Below are positions 29,025 through 39,156 of a DNA stretch of 64,000 nucleotides, piece by piece. A program made the translations under genes and the position numbers. Numbering within the stretch: the first letter of the stretch is position 1; the number at the start of each line of letters is the position of its first letter. The notes under the pieces are model-generated. The model worked only from the letters and a program-made list of their open reading frames with translations. It was not told where the DNA came from and made no database searches. The stretch is from positions 67,983-131,982 of the forward strand of contig JACIXR010000004.1 of NCBI GenBank assembly GCA_014360495.1, read 5' to 3'. This DNA is from a bacterium (GTDB taxonomy: Bacteria > Armatimonadota > JACIXR01).

Positions 29025-29835
29025 TTTCTTTGACTATACGGAATATCTTCACGGCTAATTCAAGAATTGGGAACAGGCTATTTAAGGGGAGCATTGTCGC
29101 TGAATCGGATAGAGCTTTTGTTGGCTCTGGGTGGGTTTCAAGGAATATAGCATCAACGCCAACAGCGCAGGCGGCTCTTAATAGATAGGGAGCCATTTCC
29201 CTATCTCCCCCAGAAACTCCCTTTCCCGCTCCGGGCATCTGCACGCTATGCGTTGCATCAAAAACAACAGGGTAGCCGAAACTTTTCATAATGACCAATG
29301 AACGGAAATCTACCACCAAGTTGTTATAGCCAAAAGAAGTTCCTCTCTCGCAGAGAAGGATGTTTTTATTGCCCGTGCTTTCAATCTTCTCAACAACATA
29401 ACGCATATCCCAGGGAGCGAGGAATTGCCCTTTCTTGACATTTATTGGCTTTCCTGTCCTGCCGGCTGATAACAAAAGGTCAGTCTGCCGGCATAGAAAT
29501 GCGGGAATCTGTAGAGCATCAACGATTCTGCCAACGATTGAGGCTTCAGCTGGGGAATGGACATCCGTTAGAACGGGGACTCCTACCTTTTCCCTTACCG
29601 TTTGGAGTATCTCCAATCCCTTCGCCAATCCGGGACCGCGAAATGAGCTTATTGATGTTCTGTTAGCCTTGTCATAGGAGGATTTGAAAACATATCCTAT
29701 TTTCAATTTTTCACATATCTCTTTTAATTTGAAGGCTACCTCAAGACAGAGCTCCTCGCTTTCAATAACACATGGCCCCGCTATCAGAACAAGTTTATCT
29801 CCACCTACAACGACATTTCCGATTTTCACTTGCAT
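29014..29835 (-). CDS. kdsA: 3-deoxy-8-phosphooctulonate (KDO-8-P) synthase
   Basis: It has IAGPCVIES and DVHSPAEA and is a 273-aa (beta/alpha)8 protein, typical of KdsA. Confidence 0.9.
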   Translation of the reverse strand: MQVKIGNVVVGGDKLVLIAGPCVIESEELCLEVAFKLKEICEKLKIGYVFKSSYDKANRTSISSFRGPGLAKGLEILQTVREKVGVPVLTDVHSPAEASIVGRIVDALQIPAFLCRQTDLLLSAGRTGKPINVKKGQFLAPWDMRYVVEKIESTGNKNILLCERGTSFGYNNLVVDFRSLVIMKSFGYPVVFDATHSVQMPGAGKGVSGGDREMAPYLLRAACAVGVDAIFLETHPEPTKALSDSATMLPLNSLFPILELAVKIFRIVKESEG

Positions 29836-30557
29836 CCCAATAGTTTTCTCACCCTTTCCAAGTCCTCAGGAGTGTCAACGCCGACTGGGCTATAATCAAC
29901 GAGAACGATTTTTATCTTGAAGCCGTGTTCCAAAGCCCTCAATTGTTCCAATGACTCAGTCCTTTCCAAGGGAGTTTGGGGAAGAGAAACGAATTTGAGG
30001 AGAAAATCCTTTCTATAGCCATAGATTCCGATGTGTCTTAATGTGGGAGCGATGGGATTGCGATAAAAGGGGATTGGAGAGCGGGAAAAATAAAGAGCTA
30101 TCCCATTTCGGTCGGTAACTACTTTCACCACATTGCTATTACCCCTTTCCTCATTGTTTGCTAAGGTTGCAGCTGAGGTCATAGGGGTTACCTCATCGCT
30201 TTCCCTTAGCGCCTCAGCTACTTTATCAATGACCTCCGGCGGAATTAGGGGTTCGTCCCCTTGGATATTTATGACGAAATCGCAATCAATTTTTCTCGCA
30301 ACCTCAGCGCAGCGGTCTGTTCCAGAAGGATGAGAGGGAGAGGTCATAACAGCCTTGCCCCCGAATTTCTCAACAGCTTTCAAGATTCGTTCGTCGTCTG
30401 TAGCAACCAGGACATCCTCCAAGAGTTTAGATTTTTTTGCCTGTTCGTAAACGTATTGAATAAGAGGTTTCCCGCAGATGTTCGCTAAGGGTTTTCCAGG
30501 CAGGCGAGTTGCGGAATAGCGGGCGGGAATTATGCCTATGATTTTCATTTCTTGCAA
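29826..30557 (-). CDS. kdsB: 3-deoxy-manno-octulosonate cytidylyltransferase (CMP-KDO synthetase)
   Basis: It has [19 protein letters not shown] and NIQGDEPLI. Confidence 0.85.
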   Translation of the reverse strand: MQEMKIIGIIPARYSATRLPGKPLANICGKPLIQYVYEQAKKSKLLEDVLVATDDERILKAVEKFGGKAVMTSPSHPSGTDRCAEVARKIDCDFVINIQGDEPLIPPEVIDKVAEALRESDEVTPMTSAATLANNEERGNSNVVKVVTDRNGIALYFSRSPIPFYRNPIAPTLRHIGIYGYRKDFLLKFVSLPQTPLERTESLEQLRALEHGFKIKIVLVDYSPVGVDTPEDLERVRKLLGCK

Positions 30558-31036
30558 TACCTCTCCACTATAGTTTTTATTATATTGCTTGTGGACTTCC
30601 CTTCAACTCCCTTCGCTATCATAACCTGTCCTCCCAATGAACGAACCAATTTAGCCTCGGGAAGCTCATCGGGTGATTGATAATCTCCTCCCTTGATATG
30701 GACATCGGGCTTTATCAACTTGATAAGCTCATCGGGGACGGTTTCCTCAAAGATGACCACGAAGTCCACCATTTCCAAGGACGCTAATATCTCCGCCCTT
30801 TCCTCCTGCCCCATAATGGGTCTACTTTCTCCCTTTATTTTTCTCACCGATTCGTCGCTATTTAAACCAACAATGAGAATATCGCCTTTGCTTTTCGCTT
30901 CCCTTAAATAGCGGATATGACCTAAATGGATGATGTCAAAGCAACCGTTCGTGAAAACTATCCTCTTCCCTTCCGACCTCAATCTTCCTACTAAATCAGC
31001 GATTTTCTCCCTTTCAATTATCTTTTCCATCTTCAT
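30545..31036 (-). CDS. hldC: D-glycero-beta-D-manno-heptose-1-phosphate adenylyltransferase (RfaE domain II as a stand-alone protein)
   Basis: It is a cytidylyltransferase-like protein with VFTNGCFDIIHLGHIRYL and FVVIFEE, 163 aa long. Confidence 0.8.
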   Translation of the reverse strand: MKMEKIIEREKIADLVGRLRSEGKRIVFTNGCFDIIHLGHIRYLREAKSKGDILIVGLNSDESVRKIKGESRPIMGQEERAEILASLEMVDFVVIFEETVPDELIKLIKPDVHIKGGDYQSPDELPEAKLVRSLGGQVMIAKGVEGKSTSNIIKTIVERYCKK

Positions 31037-32040
31037 TCCTGTGGCAGTTGACCCACAAGCTCCAGCATTTCTCTTGGAGTGGGCTGAGCAGTGCCTAGTT
31101 TCCTCACAACAACTGCGGCAGCTATACTGGCAATTTCCATTGCCTCTCTGAGGGAAGTTCCCGCCTTCAAACTCAAAGCCAGAGAAGCCATAACAGTGTC
31201 GCCGGCTCCCGTTACATCGTGAACTTCCGTAGCCAGCGCGGGGATATGAATTTCTTCGTCCTCTTTATAGAGTCTCATTCCTCTCTCGCCCATTGTTATC
31301 AAGACCCCCTTTGCCTCCAATTGCCTAAGGAGCCTCATTCCCACCTCATCTATCGGGAGAGATTCCGTTGCATCGCCAACGGCGAAGCGGGCTTCCTTCT
31401 CGTTGGGACAGAGAAGAAAGGCGCCCTTGAAGAGGTTGATGTTTTGAGGCTTTGGGTCTACTATGAGGAGGCAATCGTGTGGCTCGCTTACTTCAACGAG
31501 GAGTTTGGCAACTTCCGGATGGAAGAAGCCCTTATTATAGTCAGATGCTATTATTATGCCTTTGTTTGTCGTTAATTTTTGGATTTTTTCCTTTGCTTTT
31601 GCTAAAATCTCGCCCTCAATTGGTTTCCTGCTTTCCCTATCTATCCTCACGACCTGCTGGGTGTGAGCGATAATCCTGTTCTTGCAAGTCGTGGGACGGG
31701 AAGGGTCTACTATGATTCCCTGAATATCAATATCTCTTTTCATTAATTCTTCTAAGAGGAATTTGCCGTATTCATCATCTCCGATAACTCCTAAAAGCTT
31801 ACATTTTCCACCCAATGCAGTGATATTTGCCGCCGTGTTAGCGGCGCCTCCGGGAACGAAGAAACGGTGTTCAATCTCCACAATGGGGACGGGTGCTTCC
31901 GGCGATATCCGGTTGACCCTTCCGATGTTGTATTCGTCAAGGATTAAATCGCCGAGGACGACGATTTCCAACTCCTTGAAGCTATTCAGTATTTCCTTAA
32001 GCCTTCTTTTCTTCATTTTCTGAGCCGAAATGCTGGTCAA
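31033..32040 (-). CDS. hldA: D-glycero-beta-D-manno-heptose-7-phosphate kinase (RfaE domain I, PfkB-family carbohydrate kinase)
   Basis: It has VLGDLILDEY, GGAANTAANI and DVTGAGDT (the PfkB signature). Confidence 0.8.
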   Translation of the reverse strand: MTSISAQKMKKRRLKEILNSFKELEIVVLGDLILDEYNIGRVNRISPEAPVPIVEIEHRFFVPGGAANTAANITALGGKCKLLGVIGDDEYGKFLLEELMKRDIDIQGIIVDPSRPTTCKNRIIAHTQQVVRIDRESRKPIEGEILAKAKEKIQKLTTNKGIIIASDYNKGFFHPEVAKLLVEVSEPHDCLLIVDPKPQNINLFKGAFLLCPNEKEARFAVGDATESLPIDEVGMRLLRQLEAKGVLITMGERGMRLYKEDEEIHIPALATEVHDVTGAGDTVMASLALSLKAGTSLREAMEIASIAAAVVVRKLGTAQPTPREMLELVGQLPQE

Positions 32041-32593
32041 TTGCCTCGCAGATTAGATGCCCAATCATAAGATGGAAGGTTTGGATTAGGGGGGTATTCT
32101 TTGAGGGAACGACGAAAGCCATATCGGCTTCCTTTGCTAAATCGCCTCCCTCGCCGCCGCTTAAAGCGATTGTGTAGGCACCCTTTCTCTTTCCCGTTTT
32201 CACTCCCTCAATCACGCTTTTTGACTTCCCGCTTGTTGAGATGCCGATAACGATATCCTTTTCGCTAGCTAATGCCTCTACTTGGCGGGCGAAGACGACA
32301 TCAAAAGAATAGTCGTTGGACAAAGCTGTAAGGATGGATGTGTTAGTTGTTAGGGCGAGGGCGGGAAGCGGTTTTCTTTCTCTCTTAAATCTGCCGATTA
32401 GCTCGGCGGCGATATGCTGGGCATCGGCGGCGGAGCCGCCACAGCCGAAAAGCAGAACCTTGCCTCCATCTTCAAGAGCTTTGATGATTTTAGCACAGCA
32501 TATGCCTATTTTCTCCCTCTCTTTCTTCAGCCAAGAGAGAAGGGAATCCAGTTCTTTTATATACTCCTCTAAGAACCCTTCAACATTCATCAT
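31997..32593 (-). CDS. gmhA: Phosphoheptose isomerase (SIS domain)
   Basis: It has LLFGCGGSAADAQHIAAELIGRF and IGISTSGKS. Confidence 0.85.
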   Translation of the reverse strand: MMNVEGFLEEYIKELDSLLSWLKKEREKIGICCAKIIKALEDGGKVLLFGCGGSAADAQHIAAELIGRFKRERKPLPALALTTNTSILTALSNDYSFDVVFARQVEALASEKDIVIGISTSGKSKSVIEGVKTGKRKGAYTIALSGGEGGDLAKEADMAFVVPSKNTPLIQTFHLMIGHLICEAIDQHFGSENEEKKA

Positions 32594-32651
32594 ATATTTA
32601 GATTTTATTCATTTTTGCCAGATATTCAATTGGATTATAGAATAATTTTGT

Positions 32652-33686
32652 ATGAAACCAAAAGGAGTAGAGAGAATCCAAAGGTCTCCTTACTATTTTC
32701 TTGAAAAACTTGGGATTTTAGACGCACTTATAGCTCGCAAAATAGTAGAGGGAAGATTGCCTTTATATATACTATCTTACCATCGTTTTTCACCGAGAAA
32801 AAGGATAATCAGGTCTACCCCGCCCTGCATCGATATCAACTCTTTCCGAGAGCAAATAGAATTTTTATGCAGAAATTTTGAAGTCATTCCCCTTTCAATT
32901 ATTGCGCATTGTATCCATAAAAGGGAGCCTTTCCCCAAGAATTCCGTAGCGATAACGATTGATGATGGATACAAAGACAATTATCTCTTAGCTTATCCTA
33001 TTTTAAAGGAAAATAAAGTTCCAGCGACTATTTTTCTCACTACCTCATATATAGATGGGAAGCAAACGCCTTGGGAAGCAAAGGTTTCCTTTGCAATTTC
33101 CCATACCAGCATAAAGGAATTGTCATTGGAAGGGATAGGGAGATTCAATCTACGAGGAGAAAAAAGGAGATATATTGCGAGGGAAATGATAATAAAAAGG
33201 TTAAAGAAGGTATCCGAAAAGAGGAAGAAAGTTCTTATAGAAAAGCTGATAAAAAGATGCGATGTAGAGATTCCTCCCTGTTTAGGAAAAGAATTGATGT
33301 TATCTTGGAATGAGATAAGAGAAATGAACGGGGAGGGGATAGAATTCGGCGCCCATACGGTTCATCACCCTGAATTGACGAACATCCCTCTAACGGAGGC
33401 GAAATGGGAGATAGAAGAGTCAAAAAGGGAGCTTGAGGAAGGATTAGGGAAGCAAGTTTTCGCATTTGCCTATCCGAGCGGTATTTACAATAAGGGAATA
33501 GTCCGATTGGTAAAAAATGCTGGATTTCTCTGTGCGGTTACCACCAGTTTAAGAGAGGTTAAGCCTTGGTCCAATCCTTACGAATTGGGGAGGGCAATAG
33601 GGATAGATGAGGACTTCAGCAAGTTCAAGGCTATAGTTTCCGGAATTTATGAAAGGATAAATACCTGTTGGGGCTTATTGAGATAA
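32652..33686 (+). CDS. Polysaccharide deacetylase (CE4, NodB-homology domain)
   Basis: It has AITIDDGYKDNY, ATIFLTTSYIDG, GAHTVHHPEL and AFAYPSG. Confidence 0.75.
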   Translation: MKPKGVERIQRSPYYFLEKLGILDALIARKIVEGRLPLYILSYHRFSPRKRIIRSTPPCIDINSFREQIEFLCRNFEVIPLSIIAHCIHKREPFPKNSVAITIDDGYKDNYLLAYPILKENKVPATIFLTTSYIDGKQTPWEAKVSFAISHTSIKELSLEGIGRFNLRGEKRRYIAREMIIKRLKKVSEKRKKVLIEKLIKRCDVEIPPCLGKELMLSWNEIREMNGEGIEFGAHTVHHPELTNIPLTEAKWEIEESKRELEEGLGKQVFAFAYPSGIYNKGIVRLVKNAGFLCAVTTSLREVKPWSNPYELGRAIGIDEDFSKFKAIVSGIYERINTCWGLLR

Positions 33687-34877
33687 CAAGCCGAAGAGGA
33701 TATCTTTAACAAGCTTTCCCACGCGTTCTCTAGAGAATTGGAGAGCTATTTCCCGACACAATCCCCTTGTTTCGGGTGGCAATCTCACAGCCTGCTGAAG
33801 GGCAGAAGCCAGTGATTCTACATCTCCCTCTTCTACGATAAATCCTTGGACTCCAGGTTGAATGAATTCGCTTGTTCCGATAGCGGATGATACGACGATA
33901 GGGATACCACAGGAGAGAGCTTCAAGGGAAACAAGAGGTATCCCCTCATAAAGAGATGGGAGGACAAATGTGTCCGCTGCATTGTAATATATTGGCAAGT
34001 TACTATGGGGAATTTTTCCTAAAAAAATCACATCTTTTTCTAAATCGAGCCCTTCAACCAAAGTCCGGAGTTTCTTTTCAAGGGTTCCCTTTCCGATTAG
34101 AAGGAGAAGACTATTGGGATTTTGCTGCTTGAAAATTTTGAAGGCATGAATGAGGATATTGGGTGCCTTTAGGGGGTCTAATCCGCCGACGAAGAGGAAG
34201 ATGAAATGGTCATCAGGAAGGTTCAAAATTTTCCTCGCTTCTAACCTATCTTTAGGAACGAAAGTATCGGTATCCAATAAAAGGGGGACAAATAACGCCT
34301 TCTCACCTAGCAAGGGTTCCTTTTCCTTAAGATAGGAGAGTTGTGATTTGTCAGCGCTTATTAGAATTTTTTTCAAATAGGGCGAGTATCTCTTGATAAG
34401 GAAAATATGTAAAAGCCCCTGGATGTAATTGGCAAACCAATTGGGGATATATCTTCTCAGTTTCCAAAGCCTGGGATATCTAAGGGCAAGCATTTCTTTG
34501 AAGCATCCATGGATATGGAGAATCGCCGGCTTTCTAAGATTAGTAAGGGGGAGAAAATCAATCTCTTGGAGATAAATGATATCGGGATTCGTCTTTTCAA
34601 TTTCCTTCCAAGCTTTTCGCAATGTGACGAAGGTATCAAAAGGTCTCCCTATAAATGGTCTATTAAGATAAGGGTCTAAGAAGGAAAATGTTGTTCCCTC
34701 TATCTTCTTTTCTCGCCAGAATTTTCTTTTATTTTCCTTATCGTCCTTGCCCAGTAAATAAACATCCATAAATCTTGATAGGTATAGGGCTATATCCCTT
34801 GAAAAATGCAAAGCACCCTTTGCGGGTTCTCCCACAAAATCTCCTCTCATTGCCATAAGAAGCCGTGGTTTATTCAT
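33675..34877 (-). CDS. Glycosyltransferase family 4
   Basis: It has FLFVGGLDPLKAPNILIHAF and EGIPLVSLEALSCGIPIVVS (the E-x7-E motif). Confidence 0.75.
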   Translation of the reverse strand: MNKPRLLMAMRGDFVGEPAKGALHFSRDIALYLSRFMDVYLLGKDDKENKRKFWREKKIEGTTFSFLDPYLNRPFIGRPFDTFVTLRKAWKEIEKTNPDIIYLQEIDFLPLTNLRKPAILHIHGCFKEMLALRYPRLWKLRRYIPNWFANYIQGLLHIFLIKRYSPYLKKILISADKSQLSYLKEKEPLLGEKALFVPLLLDTDTFVPKDRLEARKILNLPDDHFIFLFVGGLDPLKAPNILIHAFKIFKQQNPNSLLLLIGKGTLEKKLRTLVEGLDLEKDVIFLGKIPHSNLPIYYNAADTFVLPSLYEGIPLVSLEALSCGIPIVVSSAIGTSEFIQPGVQGFIVEEGDVESLASALQQAVRLPPETRGLCREIALQFSRERVGKLVKDILFGLLSQ

Positions 34878-35886
34878 TTTCCATCACCATCAATTTTTCA
34901 ATTTCTTCGCCTATTTCCTTGGCGTTTAGTGTCTTGAGGCATATTGGTTTCCTGCATTTCTTTTTACTCCAGCAAGGAGAACAAGAAATTGGTTTATAAA
35001 GCACACGAACCTTTGCGCCAAGCGGAGAAGTTCTTTTAGGGTCGGTTGCGGTATAGATGCCCAAAGTCGGCACTCCCAAACAAGCAGCTATGTGAGTGAG
35101 TCCACTATCCTGACCAACGAAAACAGAGCAAAATTTGAGCAGAGCTATGGATTCTCGTAGGGAAAGGTGTCCAGCTAAGTTATGAATTTTTTCCTGTTCT
35201 AAGGTCCTACCAAGCTCCTCAAATTCTGTTCCTCCGAATAAAAAAACATTCCCCTTTGCTTTGAGCATATTAAGAAGTTCGTTTAAGGTAGGTAGGTGCC
35301 ATCTCTTAAATGTGGTGCTCCCTCCGAGAAGGATACCAAAGATTGGCTCGTTAGCTTCTTTTGTAAGTGCATCAGCCAATTCCCTTGCCCTATTAGTTTC
35401 TTCTTCCGATAGAAAAATCTCGGGGATTAAGGTTGATTTTCTCCCTCCAGCTGCAATCGCCAGCTTGACATAATCTAAGACGCAATGGTCTTCAGGGTTT
35501 TCCTTTATCGTAAAATTATAGAAAAGAAAGGTTGCAGGATTGAAGAAACCAAAGCGCCTTTTGCATCCACTCAGAAAAGAAAGGAGAGCTAATTCCACGG
35601 ATTTTGAGGAAAAAGATAAGCACATATCATAATTTCTCGTCTTTATTTGTTTTAACAATTCTCTTTTCTCTTCCACTCTTTTCGGGCGAACGAATATCGA
35701 ATCTATCCAAGGATTTTTCTTCAATACCTCTGCGCCGTTGGCTCCTAGCACGACATCTATAGGAGTGGTTTGGTAGCCCTCCTTCAGGGTCTTTATAGCG
35801 GGAAGAGTGAAGATGACGTCCCCGATGAAATTCTGGTTTAATACTAAAATCCTTTTCATGCCAATTTTCTTTTCCAAAGCCGCCAA
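34870..35886 (-). CDS. ADP-heptose:LPS heptosyltransferase (GT9)
   Basis: It has MKRILVLNQNFIGDVIFTLPAIKTLK, GSTTFKRW and VGQDSGLTHIAACLGVPTLGIY. Confidence 0.8.
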   Translation of the reverse strand: MAALEKKIGMKRILVLNQNFIGDVIFTLPAIKTLKEGYQTTPIDVVLGANGAEVLKKNPWIDSIFVRPKRVEEKRELLKQIKTRNYDMCLSFSSKSVELALLSFLSGCKRRFGFFNPATFLFYNFTIKENPEDHCVLDYVKLAIAAGGRKSTLIPEIFLSEEETNRARELADALTKEANEPIFGILLGGSTTFKRWHLPTLNELLNMLKAKGNVFLFGGTEFEELGRTLEQEKIHNLAGHLSLRESIALLKFCSVFVGQDSGLTHIAACLGVPTLGIYTATDPKRTSPLGAKVRVLYKPISCSPCWSKKKCRKPICLKTLNAKEIGEEIEKLMVMENE

Positions 35887-36374
35887 TATAAGTCTTCAAT
35901 CTTGGAAGGTAAAATAGCAGCTAAAAACGATTCCCACGCACCTGCTAGTAGGAGATAAATGCGAGCAAAGGGGAATCCAACTCGTTGAAGGGCGAGCTTT
36001 AGAGGTTCCTTCGACGAATGAGTTAAATATTGTGGAGGTGCATTCCGCCTGGCGCCACTTGGAGTTATATGAGTGGAGATGATGTGAGGCTGTCTTTCTT
36101 TGAACAATTTAATCAAAGAGAGGAAAATAGTGATAATTGTTCCTGCCTCTATGAGAGTTATCATTGAGTTTTTAGGATAGGGGAATCCTCCCATTTTCTC
36201 TTCTTCGATTTTCGTCCTTATCCTTCTTAAAATCGCAAGTTCACGCTCCCATTCAGGAGACATGTTTTCAATTATCGCCTTTAAACTTCTTTCCATACCA
36301 CCATTAAACCAATGGGCAGCAATGAAAAGAACTTTCTTTTTGCTAAATTGAGAGTTTGAGCCTGGCCCCATCAA
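35856..36374 (-). pseudogene. 172-aa ORF corresponding only to a GT4 N-terminal domain (no catalytic C-domain); probable truncated glycosyltransferase
   Basis: KVLFIAAHWFNGGMERSL...HIISTHITPSG resembles Glyco_trans_4-like_N. The ORF ends inside the start of the next heptosyltransferase gene, and the EX7E-containing half is missing. Confidence 0.35.
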
Positions 36375-37374
36375 TTACTTCCTCCTCCGTTATCAATTTC
36401 ATACATTCTTTATGGTGGCAAATTCTCTTTCTGCAGGGACTACAGTGCAATTTCTTATAAAGAACTTCGTTTTTCTCTCCATACGGTCCCTGTATTTTAG
36501 GGTTCGTGGGACCGAAGAGGGCGATTACAGGAGTATCTACCGCTGAGGCCATATGCATAGCACCTGAATCAACCGAAATCGCCAACAACGACTTCTCCAA
36601 CACCGCTGCTGCTTCTCTTAAACTCGTTTTTCCCGTTAAATCAATCGGGCGATGCTTCATATATCTTATTATATCTCGTGTATGAAAAACATCTTGTTTT
36701 CCACCTATGAAAACGACTTGGAAACCATCTTCCATAAGAGCATCTCCTACTCTTGCCCATCGTTCAGGAAGCCATCTCTTGGAATCCCAAGTCGTTCCGG
36801 GACAGAGAGCTACTATCGGTTTTTCGGTATTCAATGACTTCTCTGCCCTTCTTCGTTCTTCATCGGTTAGATAAATTTTAGGCTTGAGAACCAAAGCCTT
36901 CTTCTTGACCTTGAGAATATTGCTCTCTATATTCATCCTGTTGCGATTTGAAATATCTAAAGCAACATAAGCGGCGAGCAAATTATTCTCAACTGCGTGA
37001 AAGAAAGGAACATTGGGAACGCAAGAATCATAGAATATGTGGGAACCTCTTTCCACTTTTTCCTTTCCTATTCTCTTTTTGGCTCCACTAAGAAAAGCGA
37101 ATATGGCGGATTTGAACAGGGATTGAAGGTCAAGACACATACCCCATTTCCTTTTTCTCAACTCAATTAACGCGCTCAAAATTCCCTTGATGCTTTTCCT
37201 TGAAACAACGAGCTCATCTATATAAAGGTTGTTTTTGAGGATGGAGGCGTTTCTTTCCTCCACAAGCCAGCAGATGAAAGCATCGGGAGCTTCCTCCTCT
37301 ATCGCCTGAGGAACAGGGGTTGACAAGATTACATCTCCGAGAGAGCTCATCCTGATTATAAGGAATTTTTCCAT
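36343..37374 (-). CDS. ADP-heptose:LPS heptosyltransferase (GT9), second copy
   Basis: It has MEKFLIIRMSSLGDVILSTP, GTTWDSKRW and VDSGAMHMASAVDTPVIALFGPTNP. Confidence 0.8.
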   Translation of the reverse strand: MEKFLIIRMSSLGDVILSTPVPQAIEEEAPDAFICWLVEERNASILKNNLYIDELVVSRKSIKGILSALIELRKRKWGMCLDLQSLFKSAIFAFLSGAKKRIGKEKVERGSHIFYDSCVPNVPFFHAVENNLLAAYVALDISNRNRMNIESNILKVKKKALVLKPKIYLTDEERRRAEKSLNTEKPIVALCPGTTWDSKRWLPERWARVGDALMEDGFQVVFIGGKQDVFHTRDIIRYMKHRPIDLTGKTSLREAAAVLEKSLLAISVDSGAMHMASAVDTPVIALFGPTNPKIQGPYGEKNEVLYKKLHCSPCRKRICHHKECMKLITEEEVIDGARLKLSI

Positions 37375-38471
37375 CTTTGCCTCATCTCAAGATTTTGAAG
37401 ATAAACCCTCTCGTAATTTTTTACAGCGATTTTTATATCAAACTCTTTTATAGCTTTCTCCCTGCCTCTTTCACCAAACTCTTTTCTTAACTTCTCGTCT
37501 TTCGCCAATCGCAAAATCGCATTTGCAAGGGCTTCGGGATCGCGAGGAGGAACGAGAATCCCCGTGATTTCATCTTCAACCACTTCTGGTATTCCTCCTA
37601 CATCGGTAGCTACAATTGGTTTTCCGCTCGCCATTGCTTCTATTAGAACGATTCCAAAACCCTCCCAGTCTGATGACAAAGCGAAGATATCGCAATCTGC
37701 TAAAATCTCTGGTATATCGGAACGCCAACCCCAAAAGAAAACTTTCTCTTCCAATCCAAGCTTTTTAACTCTATTTTCCACTTTTCTCCTCAAACTCCCA
37801 TCTCCTACTAAATGAAGTCTTAGATTGGGCATTTCTTTAACAGCTTTGGAGAATGCTTCCACGAGGAGAAGATGGTTCTTGGCTTTTTTGAACTTTCCTA
37901 TGTTCAAAATCTTGATTAGATTATCACCTTTCCTTCTATCCCTGAAATATTCCCTTGAGGGAATCCCGTTGTAAATAACAACAGAGTCAACTCCATAAGT
38001 TGCTTTAACCGAGCGCGCTACTTCCTTTGAAATGCTGACCGGTATTACATTGAGATATTTGAACGCCATCCGGTTTAAGCCTCTGAAGAAAAAGGATGTA
38101 TCGTATTTAGCTAAGTTGTGGATTGTGTGGATGTGGACTGGAATACGGGCAAGGTGTGAGGGGATGAGGACATAGCGAATAGCTCTTAAATGGGTGTGGA
38201 TGACATCGGGTTTAAATGATTTAAAGAGATTCGTGAGACGGGAAATGGTTAAGGGGTGGAATGTCCAGCGGAGATTGAGGAAGAACATAGGGATGCGATT
38301 TCGTCTTAATTCGGATTCCAGGAAGGAATGCGTCTTCCTTACCAAGACGCAGACCGCTATTTCAAATTTTTCCTTGTCAAAATTCTTGCATAAATCAACG
38401 AGAAACCTCTGAGCACCACCAATGTCCAGGGAGGGGATGATTTGGAGGAGACGAATTTTTTTATTGGGCAT
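37356..38471 (-). CDS. Glycosyltransferase family 4
   Basis: It has IRLLQIIPSLDIGGAQRFL and EGFGIVLIEAMASGKPIVATDVGGIPEVV. Confidence 0.8.
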   Translation of the reverse strand: MPNKKIRLLQIIPSLDIGGAQRFLVDLCKNFDKEKFEIAVCVLVRKTHSFLESELRRNRIPMFFLNLRWTFHPLTISRLTNLFKSFKPDVIHTHLRAIRYVLIPSHLARIPVHIHTIHNLAKYDTSFFFRGLNRMAFKYLNVIPVSISKEVARSVKATYGVDSVVIYNGIPSREYFRDRRKGDNLIKILNIGKFKKAKNHLLLVEAFSKAVKEMPNLRLHLVGDGSLRRKVENRVKKLGLEEKVFFWGWRSDIPEILADCDIFALSSDWEGFGIVLIEAMASGKPIVATDVGGIPEVVEDEITGILVPPRDPEALANAILRLAKDEKLRKEFGERGREKAIKEFDIKIAVKNYERVYLQNLEMRQRWKNSL

Positions 38472-39156
38472 GTTTTTCCAGGATTTCTCCGATTTTCCTC
38501 GCTTGATTTTCCCAACTGAATTCCTTGACCTTCTCCCATTCTATCTTTTCTATTTTGTGTTCAATGTAAAAGTTCTTTAATGCCCTCAACAAGAACTCCT
38601 CTACTTCTTCTGCCGTTTCACAATTTGTCCCTATTCCAAGTTTTTCAATCAATTTCCCAGCGAGGTTGTATTTTGAGCCAATGCTTAGAATAGGACGTCT
38701 TGCCCCCATATATTCAAAGAGCTTGCCTGAATAAAAATACCAGTCGGATTCGTTAAATTCTAAAGGGAGCAAAAGGTAGGTAGCTCTAAGTTCCTCTCGC
38801 ACGACAACGCTATGAGAGGTCCATGGACAGAGTTTGAAAAGTTCTTTGAGCTCCGGATATTCAGTAAGTTTGGATAAAATAACATCCATCCATGTTCCCC
38901 CATATATTGAGCCAGCGAATAGCAGTGTAAATACATTGTCAATTTCTACATCTGATGGGAAATCTTCTGGGTCAAAGGCGTTGTGGATGATATAAACAGG
39001 TCTATCGGAAAAGGAGGCATCTCTAAAGGGTTCAAGGAGGCATACGGAGATTTCAAATTTGCTCCTATCCATTCGCCTTGACAAATTTACAATAAGGCGT
39101 TCCATACCGCCGTAATGAAGAAATTGGATTATATGCAGGATTTTAATCTTCTGCAT
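38461..39156 (-). CDS. Atypically short (231 aa) GT4-like protein: about 45 aa of the GT4 N-domain fused to a GT4 C-domain; possibly internally deleted
   Basis: ILHIIQFLHYGGMERLIVNL is followed almost directly by the linker and C-domain (TLLFAGSIY...SGKLFEYMGARRPILSIG). About 120 aa of the N-domain are absent. Confidence 0.4.
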   Translation of the reverse strand: MQKIKILHIIQFLHYGGMERLIVNLSRRMDRSKFEISVCLLEPFRDASFSDRPVYIIHNAFDPEDFPSDVEIDNVFTLLFAGSIYGGTWMDVILSKLTEYPELKELFKLCPWTSHSVVVREELRATYLLLPLEFNESDWYFYSGKLFEYMGARRPILSIGSKYNLAGKLIEKLGIGTNCETAEEVEEFLLRALKNFYIEHKIEKIEWEKVKEFSWENQARKIGEILEKHAQ

